DNA of 32,000 nt from the NCBI RefSeq assembly GCF_001306055.1, contig NZ_LGHJ01000011.1, positions 270,001 through 302,000 on the forward strand. The letters are read 5' to 3'. The notes beneath the pieces are model-generated. The model was not told the DNA's origin. It searched no databases and worked only from the letters and a program-made list of their open reading frames with translations. The DNA comes from Bellilinea caldifistulae (GTDB taxonomy: Bacteria; Chloroflexota; Anaerolineae; Anaerolineales; Anaerolineaceae). Shown here piece after piece: positions 19,175 through 27,164 of this stretch; position 1 is the first letter of the stretch, and each line of letters starts with the position of its first letter. Both the position numbers and the translations under genes were made by a program.

Positions 19175-19202
19175 ATTTTACCAGTTTTATTACCCCATCC
19201 AA
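19175..19202 (-). promoter_or_regulatory. Candidate promoter giving a leaderless or near-leaderless C39-TPR transcript
   Basis: The minus strand reads TTGGAT (19202-19197), a 16-nt spacer, TAAAAT (19180-19175), then 7 nt (CAAGTGC) before ATG 19167. There is no SD-like sequence. Confidence 0.35.
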
Positions 19203-19232
19203 TGAAACGAAAAGTTTGTACAAATTGGATGG
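19195..19232. promoter_or_regulatory. 9-bp inverted repeat in the divergent promoter region (candidate operator)
   Basis: CCATCCAAT (19195-19203) pairs with ATTGGATGG (19224-19232), a perfect repeat with a 20-nt spacer. The spacer ends in the palindrome TTGTACAA (19216-19223). A third ATCCAAT copy lies at 19287-19293. Confidence 0.3.
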
Positions 19233-19236
19233 AGTT

Positions 19237-19265
19237 TTGATTTTTCTGGCATATTTTTATAAAAT
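19237..19265 (+). promoter_or_regulatory. Candidate sigma70-type promoter of the SDR gene
   Basis: TTGATT (19237-19242), a 17-nt spacer, then TAAAAT (19260-19265). This lies ~48 nt upstream of ATG 19313, which has a strong AAGGAGGG SD at 19301-19308. Confidence 0.4.
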
Positions 19266-19312
19266 TAACATATCTAGACAAATTTTATCCAATTTTATTC
19301 AAGGAGGGTAAT

Positions 19313-20080
19313 ATGGGCAGGCTGGATGGAAAGGTGGCGATTATCACCGGTGGTTCGGGCGGCATTGGGGCAGCGGCAGCCCGGCTGTTTGTCGCCGAAG
19401 GCAGCAAAGTGCTTCTGGCGGATATTAACGAGAGTGTGCTAAAGGATCTGACGGGTGAACTTGGCAGCGAAAATGCCGATTACATCGTTGCCGATGTAAC
19501 TTCACCGGAAGACAATCAGGCAATGGTCAAAAAAGCCGTTGAGCGGTTTGGCAAAGTCAATGTCTTCCTTGCCAATGCCGGTATTGAAGGGACGGTCAAA
19601 CCGTTGCACGAATACCCGCTGGAAACTTTTGACCGGGTTCTGGCCATCAACGTACGGGGTGTGTTCCTCGGCTTGCAGAGTGTCATTCCGGCTATGTTGC
19701 AGGCGGGCGGCGGTAGTATCGTCATCACCTCATCGGTTGCCGGCGTGGTCGGTTCGCCCGGCTTTTCGGCTTATGTGACCAGCAAACATGCCGTGATTGG
19801 CATGATGCGCAGCGCCGCACTGGAATACGGCAGCATGGGCATCCGCGTCAATACCATCAACCCGGGTCCCATTGAAACCCGCATGATGCGCTCAATTGAA
19901 GAAATGGCAGCCCCCGGCGCCGGTCAGCAGGTCAAAGCCGGTTTTGAGGCTCAGGTTCCACTCAAACGCTACGGCTTACCGGATGAGGTCGCCCGATTGA
20001 TGTTGTTCCTTGCTTCGGATGAAAGCAGTTACACCAACGGCAGCGTTTATGTGATTGACGGCGGTTTTACCGCAGCCTGA
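19313..20080 (+). CDS. Classical short-chain dehydrogenase/reductase (SDR) family oxidoreductase
   Basis: Cofactor motif ITGGSGGIGAA (TGxxxGxG), LANAGI (NAG), catalytic YVTSKHAV (YxxxK), and the C-terminal YTNGSVYVIDGG. Length is 255 aa. Confidence 0.9.
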   Translation: MGRLDGKVAIITGGSGGIGAAAARLFVAEGSKVLLADINESVLKDLTGELGSENADYIVADVTSPEDNQAMVKKAVERFGKVNVFLANAGIEGTVKPLHEYPLETFDRVLAINVRGVFLGLQSVIPAMLQAGGGSIVITSSVAGVVGSPGFSAYVTSKHAVIGMMRSAALEYGSMGIRVNTINPGPIETRMMRSIEEMAAPGAGQQVKAGFEAQVPLKRYGLPDEVARLMLFLASDESSYTNGSVYVIDGGFTAA

Positions 20081-20119
20081 TCACCTCAGCCAACCATCAT
20101 CGGGCCATTTCAAAAGAGC

Positions 20120-20150
20120 GCCGGAGGGAAGTCCCCTCCGGCATTTTATT
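20120..20150 (+). terminator. Rho-independent terminator of the SDR gene
   Basis: A perfect 9-bp GC-rich stem, GCCGGAGGG (20120-20128) / CCCTCCGGC (20134-20142), has a 5-nt loop and is followed by ATTTTATT. It begins 40 nt after the stop codon. Confidence 0.7.
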
Positions 20151-20255
20151 GTCAGGTCACGGGTGGGGATAATTCTGCGGGCTCGATTTTTCCACCTCAA
20201 AAAAAATGCCGTTGCGGGGTTTGACGGGCGGGTGGGATTTCTTTTTCCAAGAGGG

Positions 20256-20261
20256 TATAAT
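20256..20261 (+). promoter_or_regulatory. Consensus -10 hexamer placed to give a leaderless nadK mRNA
   Basis: TATAAT at 20256-20261 is followed by 6 nt (AATCTC) and then ATG 20268. There is no SD. I found no good -35; the hexamer at 17-nt spacing is TGGGAT. Confidence 0.35.
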
Positions 20262-20267
20262 AATCTC

Positions 20268-21143
20268 ATGGAAAACGGACAGCCCGTTCCGCAGCGAATT
20301 GCCATCGGTTATCACCCGTCTCTGGCGGATGCCCCGCTGGAAGCCGAGCAGATCACCCGCTTTTTGCAGGGCCGCGGGGTCGCACAGGTGATTCACGCCC
20401 CCATGTCGGATAAGGCTTTTCGCCAGCAGGTGAAAGCCGGCCAGTTTGACCTGCTCATTGCGCTGGGCGGGGACGGCACCATGCTGCGCGCCGGTCATTT
20501 GTGCGCGCCGCTCGGCATTCCGGTGCTGGGAATCAATTTAGGACGCTTCGGCTTTCTGATGGAAGTTCAGCGCGACGAGTGGCGAGAGATGCTGCCGCGC
20601 CTGCTGGATGGGCGCTACCGGCTGGAAAACCGCATGATGCTGCGCGCCGAGCACCGGCGCGGCGATCAATCCCTGGGCTGCTGGAGCGTCTTGAACGAGG
20701 TGGTCGTCTGTCGCGGCCAGTATGTCCGCCCGGTGCGCCTGAAAGCCAGCGTGGATGGGTACACGCTGGCAACCTATATTGCCGACGGGCTGATTGTGGC
20801 AACCCCTACCGGTTCAACCGCCTATGCGCTGGCTGTCGGCGGCCCAATTTTACCCCCGGATTTACGCAACATCTTAATCGTCGCCGTTGCGCCGCATCTC
20901 TCGCTTGACCGCGCAATTATCCTCTCAGAAGGCTCGGTGGTCACGGTAACCGTCAATACCAATCACGAGGCGGTTTTGAGCGTGGACGGCCAGGCTCCCA
21001 TCACCATGCTGGACGGCGATTCGGTACGGGTAGATGCCCTGCCCGAAATGGCGCGCTTTGTTCGTTTTCAGGACTATGGTTATTTCTACCGCAACCTGAC
21101 GGCCTACATGGAACAAAACCCCGCCGCTGAGGATTCATCATGA
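20268..21143 (+). CDS. nadK: NAD+ kinase
   Basis: I reset the start to ATG 20268, because the track's extension from 20055 runs across the SDR terminator hairpin. Motifs GGDGTMLRA, NLGRFGFL and ATPTGSTAYALAVGGPI are present. The stop overlaps the next start (ATGA, 21140-21143). Confidence 0.9.
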   Translation: MENGQPVPQRIAIGYHPSLADAPLEAEQITRFLQGRGVAQVIHAPMSDKAFRQQVKAGQFDLLIALGGDGTMLRAGHLCAPLGIPVLGINLGRFGFLMEVQRDEWREMLPRLLDGRYRLENRMMLRAEHRRGDQSLGCWSVLNEVVVCRGQYVRPVRLKASVDGYTLATYIADGLIVATPTGSTAYALAVGGPILPPDLRNILIVAVAPHLSLDRAIILSEGSVVTVTVNTNHEAVLSVDGQAPITMLDGDSVRVDALPEMARFVRFQDYGYFYRNLTAYMEQNPAAEDSS

Positions 21144-21661
21144 TCGAAGATGCCCAACCCAAAATGTATTGCGTCAATCATCCTAACCGCGAGACCTTGC
21201 TGCGCTGCAACCGCTGTGAACGGCCAATCTGCACCGAATGTGCCGTGCTGACCGAAACCGGCTACCGCTGCCGCGACTGCCTGCGCGGCCAGCAAAAGAA
21301 ATTCGAAACCGCCCAGTGGCTGGATTATCCCCTTGCGCTGGCGGTTGCCGGTTTGCTGGGTTTTTTGGGTAGTTTGTTGACGTCTTTTCTGGGATTTTTT
21401 ACAATTTTTCTGGCGCCGATTGCCGGTGTGATCATTGCCGAGGCAGTGCGCAGTGTGACCCGCAAGCGCCGCTCCCGACTGTTGTACAACACCGCCACGC
21501 TGGCTGCCGGTGCCGGTGGCGCCATTCTGCCGCTGATCAATGTGCTGGGTATTGTGATGGGACTGGGCATGTTGAATCTTTTTGGGCTGATCTGGCAGGT
21601 GTTGTACGTAGTACTGGTGACCAGCACGGTCTTTTACCGACTGACCGGCATTCGAGTTTAA
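21140..21661 (+). CDS. B-box-type zinc-finger membrane protein (4 predicted helices); function unknown
   Basis: The N-terminal Cys/His pattern is CVNHPNRETLLRCNRCERPICTECAVLTETGYRCRDC. Four hydrophobic segments follow. There is no rhomboid-type GxSG/His pair. The gene is translationally coupled to nadK and ends 13 nt before recN. Confidence 0.72.
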   Translation: MIEDAQPKMYCVNHPNRETLLRCNRCERPICTECAVLTETGYRCRDCLRGQQKKFETAQWLDYPLALAVAGLLGFLGSLLTSFLGFFTIFLAPIAGVIIAEAVRSVTRKRRSRLLYNTATLAAGAGGAILPLINVLGIVMGLGMLNLFGLIWQVLYVVLVTSTVFYRLTGIRV

Positions 21662-21674
21662 TGAACGCAACCTT

Positions 21675-23423
21675 ATGCTGAGTGAAATCCGCATCCAGAA
21701 TTTTGCCATCATCCAATCTCTGGAGTTGACCCTGCAGGCTGGTTTAACCACCTTTACCGGAGAAACCGGCGCGGGGAAGTCCATTATTCTGGATGCGATC
21801 ACAGCGGTGCTGGGCGGGCGTGCCGAACCGGCCTTCATCCGCGCCGGCGCTGAGCGTGCCAGCGTAGAAGCGCTATTTCTCATTCCGTCATCCAACCGCC
21901 AGGCCATCCTGGATTTGCTCAGGCGCGAGGATTTGCTGGAGGACGAAGAGACCATCCTGATCAGCCGTGAAATCCGTCAAAACGGGCGCAGCACGGCGCG
22001 CATCAACGGTCATAGCGTTTCGATCAGCCTGCTGCGCGAACTGGGCAGTTATCTGGTGGATATTCACGGGCAGTCCGAGCATCTTTCGTTGCTGAATGTC
22101 CGCCAGCATTTGAATTTGCTGGACCGCTTTGCCGGTTCGCAGGAGACCCTGACGGCTTATCAGCAGATTTACCGCGAACTGCGCCGCACGCAGAAGGATC
22201 TGGAAAACCTGCGCCAGAGCGAGCAGGATGCCGCCCGGCGCACTGATTTGCTCGAATATCAGGCGCGTGAAATCGAGGAAGCCCGCCTGCAACCGGGCGA
22301 AGAAGAAACCCTGCGGCAAGAGCGCAACCGCCTGGCAAATGCCGAAAATCTCTCCTCGCTGGCCCAGGAAGCGCTGAGCCTGCTGGACGAAGGTCTCCCC
22401 GACACCCCCGCTTTGACCGATTTGCTCGGTCAGGTGATTACGGCGCTGGAAGGGCTGGCGCGCATTGACCCGGATCAAAACCGGCTGGCGGAACAGGCCC
22501 TCGCGGTCAACGATACGCTGGCCGAAATCAGCCGTGAATTGCGCCGCTACCTGGATACGATTGAATTCAACCCGCGCCGGCTGGAGCAGGTAGAAGAACG
22601 ACTCGACTTGATTCATCGCCTCAAGCGTAAGTACGGCGGCAGCATCGAGGCGGTGCTGGAATTTGCCCGCTCGGCGCGGCAGGAGCTGGAAACGATCGCC
22701 CATGCCACCGAACGGATTGCCGAACTGGAAGAGAAAGAAAAAGCCCTGCGACAGCAACTGGCCGAACTGGCTGCTCGCCTTTCGCACATTCGGCAGAGCG
22801 CCGCGGCTCAACTGGCCGGGGCGGTTGAGGCGGAACTGGCGGACTTAAGCATGGCCGGCGCACGCTTCAGCGTGGATTTGCACAACCAGCCAGACCCTCA
22901 GGGATTGAGCCTGAACGGCGGGGACGATCGGCTGGCTTTCGACGAAAGCGGTGTGGATCGGGTGGAATTTTTGATTGCGCCCAATCCCGGTGAGGGTTTG
23001 AAACCACTGGTCAAAATTGCCTCGGGCGGCGAAACCTCGCGCCTGATGCTCGCCCTCAAACGGGTGCTGACCCAGGCCGATGCAATCCCTACCCTGATTT
23101 TTGATGAAATTGATCAAGGGATTGGCGGGCGGGTCGGTGCGGTGGTGGGTGAAAAATTGTGGCTGTTGGCACGCCAGCATCAGGTCTTGTGCGTAACCCA
23201 TTTGCCGCAGCTGGCCGCCTTTGGTGATCAACATTTTTCAGTGCGTAAGGAGGTGGAAGGCGGGCGTACGTCCACACGGGTTGAATTACTGGAGGGAGAA
23301 GCCCGTTTGATTGAACTGGCCCAAATGCTGGGCGCAGTCACTCAGGTCAACCTCAACGCCGCCCGTGAGACACTCCAGATGGCGCAAGCGCGGGCGTTAC
23401 AACTGGCAGGCAGACTGGTATGA
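21675..23423 (+). CDS. recN: DNA repair protein RecN (SMC-like ATPase)
   Basis: The N-terminus MLSEIRIQNFAIIQSLEL...FTGETGAGKSIILDAI carries Walker A. A long central coiled coil follows. The C-terminal signature is ASGGETSRLMLALK and Walker B is LIFDEIDQGIGG. Adjacency of nadK and recN is a widespread arrangement. Confidence 0.93.
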   Translation: MLSEIRIQNFAIIQSLELTLQAGLTTFTGETGAGKSIILDAITAVLGGRAEPAFIRAGAERASVEALFLIPSSNRQAILDLLRREDLLEDEETILISREIRQNGRSTARINGHSVSISLLRELGSYLVDIHGQSEHLSLLNVRQHLNLLDRFAGSQETLTAYQQIYRELRRTQKDLENLRQSEQDAARRTDLLEYQAREIEEARLQPGEEETLRQERNRLANAENLSSLAQEALSLLDEGLPDTPALTDLLGQVITALEGLARIDPDQNRLAEQALAVNDTLAEISRELRRYLDTIEFNPRRLEQVEERLDLIHRLKRKYGGSIEAVLEFARSARQELETIAHATERIAELEEKEKALRQQLAELAARLSHIRQSAAAQLAGAVEAELADLSMAGARFSVDLHNQPDPQGLSLNGGDDRLAFDESGVDRVEFLIAPNPGEGLKPLVKIASGGETSRLMLALKRVLTQADAIPTLIFDEIDQGIGGRVGAVVGEKLWLLARQHQVLCVTHLPQLAAFGDQHFSVRKEVEGGRTSTRVELLEGEARLIELAQMLGAVTQVNLNAARETLQMAQARALQLAGRLV

Positions 23424-23469
23424 GTGACGACGATACCGGTTGTTTGACGGAGTGGAGGTAAAACGGGTT

Positions 23470-26400
23470 ATGGAAGAAGACGCTCGCCAACTGCGTGTTC
23501 TTCTGCTGGGCTCTCCACGAGTTTTTTACGACGAGCAGGAAATCCACATCAAGCGCCGCTTGCTGCGCGCTTTATTTTTCTATCTGGCAAGCCAGCCCGA
23601 CCCGGTGGGGCGCAGTGTCCTCATGGATTTGTTCTGGCCGGAGGAAAGCGAGGATGACGCCCGCCGCCACATTCGCGAAGCGCTCAGTAAATTGCGATCC
23701 GAACTGCCCGACCCTGCTCTGATTGTAGCCACCCAGGATCATGTACGGCTGGATACCGATCGGGTTTATGTGGATTTGCTCGAATATCAGGCCTTGCTGG
23801 AACAGGTGCGCCCTTACCTGCAGCGCGGAATGCACACCCCCCTGCCGGAAGCGATTTACCAGCAAATGGTCAAGGCGGTCAATTTATGGCGCGGCAAGGA
23901 ATTCCTCGCCGGAGCGAATCTGCCTTCCACCGACGGACTGGATCACTGGTTGAGTTTTACCAGCCAGTCTCTGTCATTTAGTTACCAGAATTTGCTGGAA
24001 ACATTGAGCGAACATTGTGCCGTCAGCGGTGATCTGGAAAACGCCGTTCACTGGATTCGCAAAGCCATTCACCTGGATGAAGAAAACCCCGATCTGTATT
24101 ATCAATTGATCCAGTGGCTGCACGATCTTGGGCGGCGCAGCGAAGCCCTGAGCGAATGTGACCGCATCCGGCAAATTTATGAAGAGATGGGCGAAAACCT
24201 GCCTACCATCCTGAGCAATCTCTGTCAGCACGTTCGGGAGGGGTCAGATGTCCAGCCGTTCCCGACGGTCAACCCGTGGCATAACATGCTTACCCTGCAA
24301 CTGCCGTTTGTCGGGCGGAAAAAGCTGCTGGCAGATCTGAAACTGGCACTCCAGCGCGGTGGTGTAGAAGTTATTTGGGGTGAGGGCGGTGCCGGAAAGT
24401 CGCGGCTGGTGTTCGAATTCTATCAATCGCTGCAGCCGGCGCCGCGCTTGCTGCTGGCCGCGGGGTTCTCGCATCTGGCCGAATTGCCCTACCAGCCTTT
24501 GATTGATTTGCTGCGTCATTCGGTTACGGTCGAGGAGTGGCAGCAATTGGATGCCGTTTGGGCCGGTTATTTGTCCACCCTGCTGCCGGAGTTGCCTTCT
24601 CTGCGTCCGGATGTCTTTCCGCCCATTGAAATTTCGCTCAGCCACCAGCACCAGCAGATTGCCGAAGCATTTTTACAACTGTTCCGCATTCTTTCCCGCC
24701 GCCAGCGGCTATTGCTGTTTGTAGATGATGCCCAGTGGTGTGATGAACACACCTTCCATGTGCTGGCGTACCTGCTCGACCACCGCCTGTTTTCTCAGCG
24801 GGGGTTGCTGATTGTGGCAGCCCGCCCTGAAGAACCCAACCCGGCATTGGAGCGGTTTCTCAGCCAGTCGCAAATCCCGTGGATGGTTCACCAAACCACG
24901 CTGGAACTGCTCAACCGCGATGAAGTCGGTGAGCTGATCCGCCTGGCGTTGGGCAAATCCGCTCCCCCGGAATTTATCGAACGCCTTGGACTGGAAACGG
25001 GTGGAAATCCCCTGTTTGTGCTGGAAACTTTACGGGCGGTGCTGGATTTCAATCTGGATGTCAATCAGCTCAAGGTCGTTCCTCATCTGCCGCTGGCCAG
25101 CAGCATCCATGCCCTGGCGCGCGAACGGTTGCGTTTGTTGGAGCCGCAGACCCGCCAGACGCTGGTTACCGCCGCAGTGATCGGCCATACCTTTCCGCTG
25201 CGGGTGCTTCAAGCGGCGGCTCAGCTGGACATCGAGGAGTGCGTGCGGGTTATCGAAGAACTCGAACGGACGCACTTAATCCGTCCGGTCTATTCCAACG
25301 ACCATACCCGCCAGTACGCCTTCATCCACGACAAGATTCGCGAAGTACTGCTGTTTGAACTCAGCCCGGCGCGGCAGCAATTGCTCAATTTACGGGTAGC
25401 CGAGGCCTATATTTCCCTGGAAGAGAGCCCCGCTTTTGCCGAGAGAATTGCCACGCACCTTGAACTGGCCGGTGAAAACCTGCGCGCATTTCAGTACTGG
25501 CTTTTGGCAGCCGAACAAGCCATTGCCCACCACCAGACCCATGCCGTCGAAATAGCCTTCCAGCGGGCGGAGAAGATGCTCCCGCGCATCGAAACTGAAT
25601 TGACCGAAGAGCATCTGTACCGTCTATATGTGCAATGGGGAGATTTTTGCTGCCAGCAAAATCGTTTAGAGCAGGCCGAACAAAGCTACGCGGCACTCTT
25701 GCGCTTTGGCGAGCTGCGCTACTCCCCCTTGTTGATTGGCAGCGCTTACAGCGGGCTGGCGCGTGTGGCCGGTTTGCGCCAGCAGGCGCGCCTTGCGCTC
25801 GCTCAACTGGAACATGCCATTCCCTTTTTACGGCAGTCCGGCAGTCAGTCCGAAATGATCGAGGCCGGTAGTCGGCGGGCGGATTTCCTTGCCCAATTGC
25901 TGCGGCATCAGGACGCGATTTACTCGCTGGAGAATGTGCTGGAAATGGCCGGATCCGGACAGGACCAGCGCACCAGCCGGGCAGTGGCCGAGGCTCAGGC
26001 AAAACTGGCTTACAATTACATCTTGCTGGCAAAACCGGAGCGAGCCCGGGCAGCAGCGCAACGAGCGCTGGAAAGCAGCCTCTCGGTGGCCGGGCTGGTC
26101 TTCCGTATTGATGCTTTGGTGTGGCTGGCGATGAGCGAATATCTGCTGGCGGAATTTGGGCCGGCTTTGCAGCATTGCGAAGAAGCCATCGAGATGGCGC
26201 AGGCAATCGGTGATGATTTTCGTCTGGCTTATATCTTGACAATCCGCGGGAACATCCATTTGTACCGCGGACTGCTGAAAAACGCCTGGCAGGATAGTCA
26301 GCAGGTCATTGGGATGGTGGAAGGCGGGAAAAGCGACGACATCCTCGCCCGGGCAATCTGCATTCAGGGTGATTTGATGACCTTTTTGCGGGATTACGAG

Positions 26401-26988
26401 ATGGCAGTGGAGTATTACCGGCGTGGTCTGGAAATCAGCCGCAACCCAATCAGCGCCATGGAATGTCTGTTTCGTCTGGGCACTGCGCTGGTTCTCAACG
26501 GCCAACCCGAAAACGGCTTTCCTTTCCTGCGCAAATCCATCGAGTTGAGTAACGAATCCGGGCTGGAGATCATCCGCCTGCCGGCCCAAATGGGAGAGGT
26601 GTTGAGCCGATCGCTGGACGCAAATAGCGGGATTGACCTGCATCTGGTGAATGGCCTGAGGAACGAAGTTGAGCAACACGGGTTGACCGCGCTTGGCCTG
26701 ATTTATTACTGGATCGCCGCTCAACTGGCACGGGAGGGGGATACGGCTCAGTCCATTGAGCACGCCCGCCAGTTGATCCACCGCGGGCGCGAATTGGGGC
26801 TCATCTGGGCGGAGATTGCCGGACTGGAGTTGATTTTGGGATTGCCCATCTCACCGGAAGAGCGACGGCAACGTTCGCGCGAATTGCGCGGCCTGCTTGG
26901 CTTTCTGGACGATCAAACGCGGCTGCTGGGGCTTTCTGAGCGCTATATTCGACTACGCGAAAGACTGGAATCACGGATTATTTTGTAA
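23470..26988 (+). CDS. SARP/AfsR-like STAND protein: OmpR-type winged helix + BTAD + P-loop NTPase + long TPR/helical-repeat region
   Basis: I prefer ATG 23470 (GGAGG at 23454-23458 upstream) over the track's TTG at 23440. The wHTH reads LRVLLLGSPRVFYDEQEIHIKRRLLRALFFYLA...RHIREALSKLRSEL. The BTAD reads YVDLLEYQALLEQV...LWRGKEFL...DLYYQLIQWLHDLGRRSEAL. Walker A is WGEGGAGKSRL and Walker B is LLLFVDDAQWCDEHT. About 600 aa of helical repeats follow. Confidence 0.85.
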   Translation: MEEDARQLRVLLLGSPRVFYDEQEIHIKRRLLRALFFYLASQPDPVGRSVLMDLFWPEESEDDARRHIREALSKLRSELPDPALIVATQDHVRLDTDRVYVDLLEYQALLEQVRPYLQRGMHTPLPEAIYQQMVKAVNLWRGKEFLAGANLPSTDGLDHWLSFTSQSLSFSYQNLLETLSEHCAVSGDLENAVHWIRKAIHLDEENPDLYYQLIQWLHDLGRRSEALSECDRIRQIYEEMGENLPTILSNLCQHVREGSDVQPFPTVNPWHNMLTLQLPFVGRKKLLADLKLALQRGGVEVIWGEGGAGKSRLVFEFYQSLQPAPRLLLAAGFSHLAELPYQPLIDLLRHSVTVEEWQQLDAVWAGYLSTLLPELPSLRPDVFPPIEISLSHQHQQIAEAFLQLFRILSRRQRLLLFVDDAQWCDEHTFHVLAYLLDHRLFSQRGLLIVAARPEEPNPALERFLSQSQIPWMVHQTTLELLNRDEVGELIRLALGKSAPPEFIERLGLETGGNPLFVLETLRAVLDFNLDVNQLKVVPHLPLASSIHALARERLRLLEPQTRQTLVTAAVIGHTFPLRVLQAAAQLDIEECVRVIEELERTHLIRPVYSNDHTRQYAFIHDKIREVLLFELSPARQQLLNLRVAEAYISLEESPAFAERIATHLELAGENLRAFQYWLLAAEQAIAHHQTHAVEIAFQRAEKMLPRIETELTEEHLYRLYVQWGDFCCQQNRLEQAEQSYAALLRFGELRYSPLLIGSAYSGLARVAGLRQQARLALAQLEHAIPFLRQSGSQSEMIEAGSRRADFLAQLLRHQDAIYSLENVLEMAGSGQDQRTSRAVAEAQAKLAYNYILLAKPERARAAAQRALESSLSVAGLVFRIDALVWLAMSEYLLAEFGPALQHCEEAIEMAQAIGDDFRLAYILTIRGNIHLYRGLLKNAWQDSQQVIGMVEGGKSDDILARAICIQGDLMTFLRDYEMAVEYYRRGLEISRNPISAMECLFRLGTALVLNGQPENGFPFLRKSIELSNESGLEIIRLPAQMGEVLSRSLDANSGIDLHLVNGLRNEVEQHGLTALGLIYYWIAAQLAREGDTAQSIEHARQLIHRGRELGLIWAEIAGLELILGLPISPEERRQRSRELRGLLGFLDDQTRLLGLSERYIRLRERLESRIIL

Positions 26989-27022
26989 TTTTTTACTCAC
27001 ACTTTGTCCACATTGCGTCAAC

Positions 27023-27065
27023 GCCCGGCTGGTATAAAAAGAGCAACGAATAAGCCAGTTTGGGC
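27023..27065 (+). terminator. Imperfect hairpin downstream of the STAND gene (possible terminator)
   Basis: GCCCGGCTGG (27023-27032) pairs with CCAGTTTGGGC (27055-27065), with two G-U pairs and one bulge, and a 22-nt loop. It starts 35 nt after the TAA at 26988 and is followed by GGATTTAATA (a poor U-tract). Confidence 0.25.
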
Positions 27066-27090
27066 GGATTTAATAGGGGTCATCCGCATG

Positions 27091-27130
27091 AAAGAGCGAT
27101 CGTGGATGGGGATCAACACGATCGCTCTTT
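27091..27130. terminator. Perfect 14-bp inverted repeat between convergent genes; candidate bidirectional terminator
   Basis: AAAGAGCGATCGTG (27091-27104) pairs with CACGATCGCTCTTT (27117-27130), with a 12-nt loop. The arms themselves end in TTT/AAA, which gives a short U-run on either strand. It lies 35 nt beyond the mutS2 stop (27165-27167). Confidence 0.55.
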
Positions 27131-27164
27131 GTTCTTCTGTAAAGAAGGTCGAATGAGGAGAAAA

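Noticed and set aside
21104-22811. 283-aa and 307-aa minus-strand ORFs across the zinc-finger gene and recN
   Set aside because: They are antisense to strongly supported genes (RecN Walker A/B and signature motifs). Their composition is Q/R/G/A-rich, and they have no independent start signals.
25385-26781. 285-aa and 317-aa minus-strand ORFs inside the STAND gene; similar + strand ORFs (e.g. 8576-9385, 10118-10696) inside the M23 gene
   Set aside because: They are antisense shadows of long GC-rich genes. The products are proline/arginine/glycine-rich with no domain-like motifs.
23470-26988. STAND protein as an Avs/NLR-like antiviral sensor
   Set aside because: The N-terminal module is a clear OmpR-type winged helix plus BTAD (a transcription-factor effector), not a nuclease, protease, TIR or Sir2 effector. 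An AfsR-like regulator is the more economical reading.
27091-27130. GCGATCG in the hairpin arms as cyanobacterial HIP1 (GCGATCGC)
   Set aside because: Both arms match only 7 of 8 positions (GCGATCGT / ACGATCGC), and I did not notice the full octamer being enriched elsewhere in the window. This is not evidence for a cyanobacterial origin.
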